From the NCBI GenBank assembly GCA_051859245.1, contig JBHYGA010000004.1, forward strand, positions 672,001 through 736,000: a stretch of DNA of 64,000 bases, read 5' to 3'. Below the pieces are notes generated by a model. The model had not been told where the DNA came from. It did no database searches and saw only the letters and a list, made by a program, of their open reading frames with translations. Shown piece after piece: positions 27,910 through 36,991 of this stretch. The first letter of the stretch is position 1. Each line of letters starts with the position of its first letter. The stretch comes from Gemmatimonadaceae bacterium (GTDB lineage: Bacteria; Gemmatimonadota; Gemmatimonadetes; Gemmatimonadales; Gemmatimonadaceae). Position numbers and translations under genes: made by a program.

Positions 27910-29487
27910 ATGCCCACCTCATCGATTGTCTCAAGTCTGGTGCTCGTGCTGAGCACGGCAACCGTCGCGTTCGCCCAATCCAGCATCGCCCCGCCGGCGC
28001 GCTTCACCGATCCGGAGCGCCTGAACAAACTTCAGCGCGCGATCCCGGCCATCGACAGCACGATGCGCGCGTTCGCTGAGCGATCGCGCGTGCCAGGCAT
28101 CGCCTACGGCGTGATCGTTGACGGTAAGCTGTTGCACGTTGCAGCCGTTGGACTGCGTGAAGTGTTGAGCAATTCGCGCGTGGACACGAGTTCTGTCTTC
28201 CGTATTGCGTCAATGACCAAGAGCTTCACTGCGCTCGCCATTCTGCAGCTGCGCGACGCGGGAAAACTTGCGCTGGATGATCCGGCCGAACGCTACGTGC
28301 CCGAGCTGGCGAGTCTGCGCTACGCGACAAGTGATGCACCACGCATTACCGTGCGCCACCTGATGACCCACTCGGCCGGATTTCCTGAGGACAATCCGTG
28401 GGGCGATCAACAACTCTCTGCGACGGATGCACAACTGTCGCAGATGGTGCGTAGTGGCATTCCATTTTCGAATGCACCCGGTGTGGCATACGAGTATTCC
28501 AACTTTGGCTTCGCGCTGCTGGGGCGCATCGTGGCCAACGTGAGCGGCATGCCATACGCGCAGTACATTCAGGAACGTGTGCTGCGTCCGTTGCGAATGA
28601 CGTCCACGACCATGGAAGCGCGTGATGTAGCCGCATCACGGCTCGCACACGGATATCGGTTACGTGACGGCGTGTGGCTGGAAGAACCACCGCTGCCGGA
28701 TGGATCGTTCGGCGCCATGGGCGGCATGCTGACATCTGCGGCAGATCTGAGCCGCTGGGTGGCACTCATGCTTGATGCGTGGCCCGCACGCGATGGCGCA
28801 GAGTCACCGGTGTTGCGTCGTTCGTCGCTACGAGAGATGCAGCAGATCATGCGTTACAGCGGCGCGAGCGCGGCACGCCAAGGCGCTGAGCTGTTGCTCA
28901 ACGCAGGTGGCTACGGATACGGCCTTCGTGTTTCGCAAAACTGCACGTTTGGCCAACTTGTGGCGCACTCAGGAGGGCTGCCAGGCTTCGGCTCACAAAT
29001 GCGCTGGTTGCCCGACTACGGCGTTGGTGTGATTACACTCGGCAACCTCACCTACACACCGTGGGGCGGCCCGATGGACGCCGCGTTCACACTGCTTGCA
29101 CAAAGCGGCGGGCTCACCCCTCGCGTGCCACAGCCGTCGCCGGTGCTGCTGACGCGACAAACTCAGGTCTCGCGTTTGATTCAGCAGTGGGATGACACGC
29201 TGGCGGATAGCATGGCTGCCATGAACCTGTTTCTCGATGAACCCGCTGATCGCCGCGCCGCCGCGATTGCCAAGTTGCGCGATACCGCAGGCGGCTCGTG
29301 CCGCACCGACGGAGCGATCGTTGCGGAGAACGCGCTGCGCGGACAATGGCGCATGCAGTGTGCAACCGGGGCGCTGCGCGTTGGAATTACGCTGGCGCCA
29401 ACCGAACCGGCGCGTGTGCAACAACTCACCGTGAGCGCGATGCCCGCCGGGGCGACCATCGGTGTGGTTCCGGCGTGTCGCCCCTGA
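27910..29487 (+). CDS. Secreted serine hydrolase, beta-lactamase/D-peptidase family, with C-terminal accessory domain
   Basis: FRIASMTKS (SxxK), LMTHSAG, YEYSN, HSGGLPGF. Confidence 0.9.
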   Translation: MPTSSIVSSLVLVLSTATVAFAQSSIAPPARFTDPERLNKLQRAIPAIDSTMRAFAERSRVPGIAYGVIVDGKLLHVAAVGLREVLSNSRVDTSSVFRIASMTKSFTALAILQLRDAGKLALDDPAERYVPELASLRYATSDAPRITVRHLMTHSAGFPEDNPWGDQQLSATDAQLSQMVRSGIPFSNAPGVAYEYSNFGFALLGRIVANVSGMPYAQYIQERVLRPLRMTSTTMEARDVAASRLAHGYRLRDGVWLEEPPLPDGSFGAMGGMLTSAADLSRWVALMLDAWPARDGAESPVLRRSSLREMQQIMRYSGASAARQGAELLLNAGGYGYGLRVSQNCTFGQLVAHSGGLPGFGSQMRWLPDYGVGVITLGNLTYTPWGGPMDAAFTLLAQSGGLTPRVPQPSPVLLTRQTQVSRLIQQWDDTLADSMAAMNLFLDEPADRRAAAIAKLRDTAGGSCRTDGAIVAENALRGQWRMQCATGALRVGITLAPTEPARVQQLTVSAMPAGATIGVVPACRP

Positions 29488-29542
29488 CGCCCTCAGCGCA
29501 CGTGGCTAGTCGCAGCACGCGCGACGCCAACGTCTGCTGTCG

Positions 29543-31186
29543 CTACTTGAGTCGCACCCGTGACAGATGCAGTCCCTTCGCGTCACGATTGCTCAAGTAC
29601 ACAACCTTGCCTTCACCAAATCCAACCAGCGTGAACCCCATCGGGATCTGAATGCGATCGATCATTTCACCCTTGCGATTGATCACATCAAAGATCTGTC
29701 CACCCGGCATTGGTCGCATCGGGTTCGCACGCACCCAAAGATTTCCGTCGGCATCAGCGCGTGCGGCACCAGCAGCGATAGGTGGCTTGTAGTCAGGAAT
29801 GTCGGCCGGGCGCACCAGTGTAGGCGCGCGATAGATGGGCGCAGGTGGCGTGTATCCGCCGCCGTACATTTCCTGAAAGTATGACTGCGTGCACTGCGGT
29901 GCTGCGGGCGCCGAGCCGGCCGGCGCGTTGCCCGCGGCTGCGCTGCCAGCCGCAGCCGGCGGCGCAGCGCCAACCACCGATACGGCACCGGTTGGTGACA
30001 CCGACATCATTTGCGGTGTGACCGTTGGTGTTACGCCTGGTGGGCACGCGGGAATGTAGTTGGGAGGAAACGACAGGCCTTTGGGAAGAATCCAGTCGGC
30101 TGGCATGCCTGGCGGCAGCACGTATCCGTCTGGCACCGAGAACGACGCGGGATACGGTTTGTTCAGCACGTTCGACCACGAAATCATCTGCGTCACAAAG
30201 TTCGTCTGCGCATTCTTGATCTGCACCGCTTTGGCTGAATCAGCGAACTTTGATTTCAGGGTGTCATCCATGCGCATCCACGGAAACGGCAACTTCTCGC
30301 CAGAGGTGATCGTACCATCTGGTGCGCGAAACTCGGTGCGATAATCCACACCGCGCACAAACGCGATCGATCCGTCTGACATCACCGCCCACTCATCAAG
30401 CAGCGGGAGCGGATTGGGGACCGAGTTGAGGCTGTAGTAGCCTTCCGGCTCCATGCGCATCGAGTACACCACTTTCGGAATGCGCACAACACCGAGCGTA
30501 TCGATCAGCCGCGTGTTGAGATGTACGCCAACCACAAATGCGGTGTCTGCGGGCGTTGGAAAGTACGGCATGCCCGGCAACGGCGGCGCGGCCAGTGGAG
30601 CAGGCGTCGCGGTGATGCGGTACACGAGACGTCCTTGCGCATCGAACGCGGGATTGCCCCATGTGGGCAGCGCGCTCGTGAGCGCCTGCACATGTTGCGC
30701 AAATGGAATGGCACGCACGCGTGTGATGCGGCCCTGCGGATCAATCACCAGCATCGCCAGCGTGGCCGGATCAATGAAGAGCGATGAGTCCGCAAGATGC
30801 GGAATCAGTCGACCCGGTCGCGAACCGTACGCATTCTCAACCTCGGTAAGCGAATCGAGCACCACCGAGACCTGCGTGAGCGTGCTGTCAAAAATCAGCA
30901 GGCGACGACGCATGCCATCATTCACCATGACACGACCGTCGGACAGCCCGCGCACTTGCGAAATCGCGCCGAGTGTTTCGGTGCTGATGGCTTGCGCGCT
31001 CTCAATGCGACGGATGGGCGGGCCGGGAAGTGGCGGGAACGTGTCTGGTGGTGCCGTGCGCGCCGCTGGTGGAGCGTTTGGTGGCGAGGGCGGTTGCGCG
31101 ATCGCTTGACGCGCGAGCGTGGTGCACGCCGTGAACATGACGACGTTCACGACACACTGGACGAAGCTGCCGTTGAAGAGTCTCAT
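29543..31186 (-). CDS. Secreted hypothetical protein, beta-propeller-like with Pro-rich insert
   Basis: Signal-like N-terminus; VRGLSDGRVMVND, VMSDGSIAFV and ADADGNLWVR blade-like repeats; start overlaps the upstream stop (ATGA). Confidence 0.75.
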   Translation of the reverse strand: MRLFNGSFVQCVVNVVMFTACTTLARQAIAQPPSPPNAPPAARTAPPDTFPPLPGPPIRRIESAQAISTETLGAISQVRGLSDGRVMVNDGMRRRLLIFDSTLTQVSVVLDSLTEVENAYGSRPGRLIPHLADSSLFIDPATLAMLVIDPQGRITRVRAIPFAQHVQALTSALPTWGNPAFDAQGRLVYRITATPAPLAAPPLPGMPYFPTPADTAFVVGVHLNTRLIDTLGVVRIPKVVYSMRMEPEGYYSLNSVPNPLPLLDEWAVMSDGSIAFVRGVDYRTEFRAPDGTITSGEKLPFPWMRMDDTLKSKFADSAKAVQIKNAQTNFVTQMISWSNVLNKPYPASFSVPDGYVLPPGMPADWILPKGLSFPPNYIPACPPGVTPTVTPQMMSVSPTGAVSVVGAAPPAAAGSAAAGNAPAGSAPAAPQCTQSYFQEMYGGGYTPPAPIYRAPTLVRPADIPDYKPPIAAGAARADADGNLWVRANPMRPMPGGQIFDVINRKGEMIDRIQIPMGFTLVGFGEGKVVYLSNRDAKGLHLSRVRLK

Positions 31187-34100
31187 CGTGCGATCTCGAA
31201 GAAGGCACCACCTGACGCGATCGCTACTTCGCCGCCAAAAAACATGCCGCCGCCTCCGCCGCCCACGGCCGGTACGTACATCCCGCTTCCATTCTTGATG
31301 AGATTCAGAAAACGCGGATCGAGATAGTTCGCAATCTGCGCCGGTAGCTTGCGCTTCTGCGCCGGTGTAAGCAGTGCAGACACCGCCTCTACCGTTTGCG
31401 TCAACAGATCGAATTGGGTGCGACGCGCACGCAAATACCGTTCGTACGCTTCTTCCATCTGATACTTTTCTGGCAATCCAGCCAGATAACGTGCCGCCGG
31501 CGTCCACAACGAATCCGTCCGGTACGCGTACCGACGATTCATTGAGGCAATGCTATCGGCTTGCAGCGCCGTGAGACGAAGCGAATCCTGCTGGCGGATG
31601 ATCTGCGTCATGGGGTTTTGCACACTGCCCGCACCGATCTGACGAAACAGCTGCTCGCTGAATCGCGTGCCGGGCGTCACACGACCCGTTTGCAACTGTT
31701 GACCCAGAATTTGCCGTTCCATTGTGGGTCCAAGATCGATTCTGAGCGACACCGTCATCGTGACTGGTGAACGCAGCGTGAGAAACTGCGGGCGTGTTTG
31801 CCCGAAGCGCTGGTTTACTTCGTACGAGTATTCACGGGTGGCCGGGTTGAAACCACGCACGTACAAGAGTGCCTGATCGGGGAATGGGCTCTGTCCCCAA
31901 CCCTTGAGATTTCCGGATCCGTTCAGCGCGAGATCTGCGGCGCCGAGCGGGTTGGACAGTGCGAAGTTCAATGCCGCACGTTGTGGCATGCGAAAACGTG
32001 CCCGATCGAGCGTGATGTTCAGCGACGCATTTGAGCTCCACGGGCCACGACAACTATTGCGCTCGGCGACGCGTCCGATCTGTCGATCGAGGCAGCGGCG
32101 TGTGGCCGCCGGTAGCGTGCTGTACAACTCCTGCAGCCCGGCACGCACCGACGGATCGGCGACGGTGTTCGGATCGTAGATGAACGCCCGATCGTTGCTG
32201 TATCCGTCACCATTGATGTCGCCTGACACCGTGGGTGTAAACGCATTGCCGGAACGGAACTGTCCGTTCCAGTTCACGGTGAGGTAGTCAAAAAAGTTGT
32301 AGCGCAGGTTGTAGCTGATCTGGTGTGGGCCGGTGGAAGCTACCGCCCACTCGCGGGTGAAGGGACTGCCTGCGGTACTCTGAAAGCCTGGCACCTGCTC
32401 GCGCACGTACATGTAGGTGTAGGCAGCACTCCAGCCCCAGCGACTGAAAGAACGCTGGATGGGCGAGAGTCTGAGACTGAGTTGCGCGGTCTGCGATTGC
32501 AGATCTGAACGTACTTCGCTCACGCGGTTGAACAGTGGTGACACGCGCGCATCACGAGCGGCGATGGCGCCGGTGAGCGGATCAATGCTGGTGGTGGCGA
32601 CATACACCGGGCGACTCGCTTCGCCGTTGAGCACGAACTGCTGATTCTCCAGAAAGTTGAGATCCACCTGTTGCTGCTGGTTCACGTTCACCGCGAACGT
32701 GCCTTCCGCGTTGAGTGAGTAACGCGCGTCGAGAATCGGCCCCTGCCACGAGAGGTTGGAGCGAATCGCGCTCTGCGGGCGGAAGCTATTGCTGAACAAC
32801 ACAACGTTTGGCGAAGAGTTCGCGAACACCGTGCCACCGGTCCCGTCGGCGCAGCGATCGGGCACCAGATCGAGCTTGCCGTTGTACGCATTCCAATCGG
32901 GGAATGGAGCGGCCGCGCCGTTGCACACAAGCTGTTGAATGCCAGAGGGCAGACCGGTTTGATCCAGGGCGCTGCCTACCTGTCCAGCCTGGGCGCCGTT
33001 GGTGAACACACCAATGCCTCCACGAACAATCGCGCGCGGCGGCACGAATGCGCCTGAGAACGCCGCGATATCCTGCGATTGTCCCAACGTCCACGAAAAT
33101 CCAATGCGTGGGCTGAAGGCGATCGGTGTCGGCAGCTTATCGTTGCGAACACCGAATACCTCTTCCACGCTGGCATTGTAGTTCGGGGTGTTCAGGTATC
33201 GGATATTCTCCACACGCAGTCCATACTGAATCTGCACGTTGGGGGTGCGGCGCCACGAATCACCAATCGAGAGTGCACCGGTCAACTGTGAACTGTTTCG
33301 CTGCTGCGCGGTGAGCTGTCGTGTGAAGGACGCCGGACGGCCCGCGTCAAAGTCTTCGAGTGAGTTAAAGGCAAACGTACCGAGCAGATTGTTGGCGAGG
33401 TTCTGCTGGGCACCACTGTACCGCAGTTCCGTGGTAAACTTCACGCGATGTTTGTTCGCGTCATCGAACCAGGACAACGTGTTCTGCAGCGTGGCACCAA
33501 CCGTGCGCGAATCATTGAACAGCGACTGGCTGCCTCCAAAGCCGAGATTCTGTACGCCGCTCGCGCCGTTCTCGAGCACTGAGTTCACGCGCACACGTCC
33601 CAGTGGCAACTGCAGATACGGATCGCCGTAGTTGCGCGAAATGTTCACGCCAGCGTTGGTTTCGCTCAGAATCAATCCGAAATACCGATTGGTGCGCAGC
33701 TGAATACCACCGCCCCAGTTCACGCGATCGCCGCTGCTCGCCGCCAACTGCGTGGCGCTTCCACCAACCGGACTCTGGCGCCCGAAGTTGCCGTTGAACG
33801 CAATGCTGTACGCGTCGCCATTCACCGCGTTCGGCGGCTGAATATCAATGCTGCCGAAAAAACTTCCATTGTCGTTGAAACGACTGCCGCGATCTCCACC
33901 GCTCAATCGCGGAATGCCCTGCTGATCGAGCAATCCCAGAAAGCGATTCACTGAATCGGGTGCAACGCCCGCGGTTTGAAAGCCGAGCGGTCCCGTGTTG
34001 AGCAGTGTCTGATTGGCGCGGGAGTTGCGATCAAGCTGGAACGACATGCTGTAAAACACCTTGTTCTGCTTGATCGGCCCCGACATCAATCCACCGAGTG

Positions 34101-34914
34101 ACACGTTCGTGAACTCGGTGCCCAGTGCTTGCGCCGCACGGTCCGTCCACTGCAACTGCGGCGCGGCGGTCACGAGACTGAAGCCGCGGCTGCTGAAGTT
34201 CGAGCCGCCACGCGACTGCACATTGAAGTTGCCACCACTGAATCCGCCGCGCGATGGATCAAATGGCGATGTCGTCAGCGACGAGGAAATGTTCGCATCG
34301 CGCGGCAGTCCGTTGCCGCCAAAGTCCATGCCGTTGAGTGTGGTGCTGTTCGCGTCGGCACCAAGACCGAGGACGGAAAAACCATCAGGATTTCCATCGG
34401 TGCCGGGAATGAGCGCCACGCCAGGCAGTGATGCGGCCATCGCGGCGAGATTGCCCTGAATGTCGGGTGTGATCGTGCCCGCATCCAGACGTCGCTCCGT
34501 ACCGCTCACATCCGGCGTCTGTGAGTTGAACCGGCTGATGCGTTGCTGCACCGGTGCCGTGGACACCACCGTATCGAGCTGCATCGGCTGCAGTCGTGTG
34601 TCGGCGATCAGCACATCCTGATCGACGGTGCGCTTGATCTGAAACTGGCGCGACGAATAACCAACGGCAGCAAAGCTCATGATGTAGTCGCCCTGACCAC
34701 CAGGGAACGCGATCTGAAAACTGCCGCGTGAGTCGGTGCGCGTGTTGCGCTGCACGTTGCCCGGAATCGACGTGGCCGTGACGCGCACGTTATTGATGGG
34801 CTCGCCTTCGGTACTTGTTACACGACCGCGGATGACATCGACCTGCGCGGCGAGTGTCGCCGGAATCGCGCTAAGAGTGAGCGCGAGCGTGAGGATAACG
34901 ACGGGCAGACGCAT
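31183..34914 (-). CDS. Oar-like / TonB-dependent receptor-like outer-membrane protein with carboxypeptidase-regulatory N-domain and C-terminal helical extension
   Basis: Signal ending LAAQ; IRGRVTS.EGEPI..V.VT; plug-like GFSVLGLGADANSTTLNG and FDPSRGGFSGG; SGPIKQNKVFY, SPRIGFSW, GDINGDGYSND. Confidence 0.82.
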   Translation of the reverse strand: MRLPVVILTLALTLSAIPATLAAQVDVIRGRVTSTEGEPINNVRVTATSIPGNVQRNTRTDSRGSFQIAFPGGQGDYIMSFAAVGYSSRQFQIKRTVDQDVLIADTRLQPMQLDTVVSTAPVQQRISRFNSQTPDVSGTERRLDAGTITPDIQGNLAAMAASLPGVALIPGTDGNPDGFSVLGLGADANSTTLNGMDFGGNGLPRDANISSSLTTSPFDPSRGGFSGGNFNVQSRGGSNFSSRGFSLVTAAPQLQWTDRAAQALGTEFTNVSLGGLMSGPIKQNKVFYSMSFQLDRNSRANQTLLNTGPLGFQTAGVAPDSVNRFLGLLDQQGIPRLSGGDRGSRFNDNGSFFGSIDIQPPNAVNGDAYSIAFNGNFGRQSPVGGSATQLAASSGDRVNWGGGIQLRTNRYFGLILSETNAGVNISRNYGDPYLQLPLGRVRVNSVLENGASGVQNLGFGGSQSLFNDSRTVGATLQNTLSWFDDANKHRVKFTTELRYSGAQQNLANNLLGTFAFNSLEDFDAGRPASFTRQLTAQQRNSSQLTGALSIGDSWRRTPNVQIQYGLRVENIRYLNTPNYNASVEEVFGVRNDKLPTPIAFSPRIGFSWTLGQSQDIAAFSGAFVPPRAIVRGGIGVFTNGAQAGQVGSALDQTGLPSGIQQLVCNGAAAPFPDWNAYNGKLDLVPDRCADGTGGTVFANSSPNVVLFSNSFRPQSAIRSNLSWQGPILDARYSLNAEGTFAVNVNQQQQVDLNFLENQQFVLNGEASRPVYVATTSIDPLTGAIAARDARVSPLFNRVSEVRSDLQSQTAQLSLRLSPIQRSFSRWGWSAAYTYMYVREQVPGFQSTAGSPFTREWAVASTGPHQISYNLRYNFFDYLTVNWNGQFRSGNAFTPTVSGDINGDGYSNDRAFIYDPNTVADPSVRAGLQELYSTLPAATRRCLDRQIGRVAERNSCRGPWSSNASLNITLDRARFRMPQRAALNFALSNPLGAADLALNGSGNLKGWGQSPFPDQALLYVRGFNPATREYSYEVNQRFGQTRPQFLTLRSPVTMTVSLRIDLGPTMERQILGQQLQTGRVTPGTRFSEQLFRQIGAGSVQNPMTQIIRQQDSLRLTALQADSIASMNRRYAYRTDSLWTPAARYLAGLPEKYQMEEAYERYLRARRTQFDLLTQTVEAVSALLTPAQKRKLPAQIANYLDPRFLNLIKNGSGMYVPAVGGGGGGMFFGGEVAIASGGAFFEIAR

Positions 34915-35095
34915 AGCGGCGGAGACGCTCCCGGGAGGGTGAGGGACGCGGAACATGCTGTCCGTAGACACCGTACCAGGCCCAAGCGTTGCCAATGCAA
35001 CGGAACACAACGCAGGCGTGTCGCGGTGACCTGACGAACCCGCGATACGTACGCTACGTCACAACGAAGGTTCCCGCGCGCGGCGAACCTGCGGA

Positions 35096-35803
35096 CTATT
35101 TGTTACGCGTACCCGAGCGGCGACGACGGCGCGCTGCGAAGGAGAGTCCGCTCAAACCAATGATGGCGAGCGCGACTGTAGAAGGTTCTGGCACGATCGC
35201 GGCGGGCTCTTCAACGACGTCTGCAATTTGCAGATTGTTGAGCGCCATTGTGTACACCACCGGCAGCGCGCCTTCCGACGCGGCCGCAAAGGGTGCCGAG
35301 ATGACGATGCGATCGAAGAGGCTGTTTTCAAAGCCCCACCACAGCGGTTGTTCAGCGTTCGCCAGAATGAACTGCAGCCGCTCAGCGCTCGTGAACGAGT
35401 TGACGAGTGTGAGTCCGTCAAAGACGTCAAATCGAACATTCGATGTGGGCGATGCATTGAACCCAAGCAGGTTGAACGCCGCGCTACGCACCTGACGATT
35501 AAACAGAATGCTCACTGAAAAATCGATGTTCGTATTGACGCCGTTGGCCACCGCTCCCTGACCAACCTGACTGAACGGATTGAAGAGGTTGTCCGACTCC
35601 GAGAGATACACCGCCGAGTTGAACGTCACGCCTTCTTTGGCGCACGAGACGGTTCGCAACGCGGAGGTGCAACTCGTGCCGCTGACGCTCAGTTCACGGT
35701 ATGGCGGTGTGAGCCCGTAGTCGCGCGCAACAATTGCCTGCTGCGCCGAAAGATCAGACGCAACAGCGGTGCACAACGCGAGCGCTACACAGAAACGAAG
35801 CAC
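35096..35803 (-). CDS. PEP-CTERM sorting-domain protein
   Basis: C-terminal IVPEPSTVALAIIGLSGLSFAARRRRR; GTG at 35803 with GGAGAG upstream and a signal peptide ending LSAQ. Confidence 0.9.
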   Translation of the reverse strand: MLRFCVALALCTAVASDLSAQQAIVARDYGLTPPYRELSVSGTSCTSALRTVSCAKEGVTFNSAVYLSESDNLFNPFSQVGQGAVANGVNTNIDFSVSILFNRQVRSAAFNLLGFNASPTSNVRFDVFDGLTLVNSFTSAERLQFILANAEQPLWWGFENSLFDRIVISAPFAAASEGALPVVYTMALNNLQIADVVEEPAAIVPEPSTVALAIIGLSGLSFAARRRRRSGTRNK

Positions 35804-36010
35804 GAACAGCTCTCCACAAGGAATCACCCGTCCGGCATCTCCGACGCCGGCTACCGTCCAGAAGTATTGCACGAACCCGCCCGTCTGGTAAGACGCCCCC
35901 GCTGGATTCTTGACCCCGGGGCCCGCAGGCTGCACCTTTGCGCGTTGTCTTTGTCTACAAAAGTCTACAACCCCGGTGGTCTCGTGCGCTCGAATGTCCG
36001 CGCGCGCGCC

Positions 36011-36991
36011 ATGCATACCGTTTCGAGCCGTCGCCGCTCCTCGGTGTGCGGCGCGCTGTGCATGGCCGCAATGCTGAGTATGGTGGTTGGCTGTCGCGCC
36101 ACGGGTGGCGCTGCGGCAAGTGGTAACACCCTCGACGCCCGCGCAGCGGCGGCGTTGGCGCAAGAGCGGCAGGTTGGTGTCGCTTCTCGCGCCACCATCG
36201 GTGTACCGCCATTCGAGTGGAATGGTGCCGATCCGCGACTCACGGCACTCGGCTACGCGATTGCCGACCTGCTCGTGACGGACTTGGCACGAAGCAGCCA
36301 GCTGCAGCTCGTGGAGCGGGCGCGTCTTGGCGACGTGCTGCGAGAAACGGATCTCGCGGCCGCGGGACGCGTGGATTCTGCAACCGCACCGCGCGTGGGA
36401 CTGTTGCTTGGTGCGCAGCGCTTGATTCTGGGCTCGCTCGACACGCTGCCCTCCGGCGACCTGCGGCTTGGTGTTCGGGTGGCGGACGTGGCCACGGGTG
36501 TGCTCCAGCAGGCGCTCGACGCGCGCGCGCCACTCACCGATCTGCTCGCGGCCGAAAAGGTGGTGGCGTTTCGGTTGTTTGATGCGCTGGGCGTCACGCT
36601 CACCCCCGCCGAACGAGCGGCCGTGGAAGCCGCCAGGCCCGCCGCCAGTCTTGACGCGCTCACCGCCTTTGGACGCGGCGTGCAGGCGGAGCTGGCCGGG
36701 GATCGCAGGCGGGCATTCGATGAGTACCAGCGGGCCGGTGGCCTGTCGCCAAGCTTTGACCTCGCATTTCAGCGCGCGGCCGCGCTTCGCCAGATCGTAC
36801 AGGGTGAGGCCTCCGCCACGTCCTTGTTGCCGGGCGTCCGCCCGATCAATGCGGCCGTTGCCGGTACCGTTGATCGACTCAATCGGCCACTGGACTTCAT
36901 TACCTCTTACGCGCGACCAACGGGCGGCGCCGGTGATCCGGCGTTTCCGAGTACTGTGGTCACCGTGGTCGTACGAGTGCGACGCCCGTGA
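36011..36991 (+). CDS. CsgG/HfaB (TolB-N/FlgO-like) lipoprotein with TPR-like helices
   Basis: Lipobox VVGC; TIGVPPF, LQLVERARLGDVLRE, RVGLLLGAQRLILGS; helical repeat ALTAFGRG..YQRA..LSPSF. Confidence 0.82.
   Translation: MHTVSSRRRSSVCGALCMAAMLSMVVGCRATGGAAASGNTLDARAAAALAQERQVGVASRATIGVPPFEWNGADPRLTALGYAIADLLVTDLARSSQLQLVERARLGDVLRETDLAAAGRVDSATAPRVGLLLGAQRLILGSLDTLPSGDLRLGVRVADVATGVLQQALDARAPLTDLLAAEKVVAFRLFDALGVTLTPAERAAVEAARPAASLDALTAFGRGVQAELAGDRRRAFDEYQRAGGLSPSFDLAFQRAAALRQIVQGEASATSLLPGVRPINAAVAGTVDRLNRPLDFITSYARPTGGAGDPAFPSTVVTVVVRVRRP

Noticed and set aside
27910..29487. Antibiotic-resistance beta-lactamase
   Set aside because: The SxxK/YxN/HxG motifs plus an extra domain fit the broad serine hydrolase/D-peptidase family; there is no mobile context.
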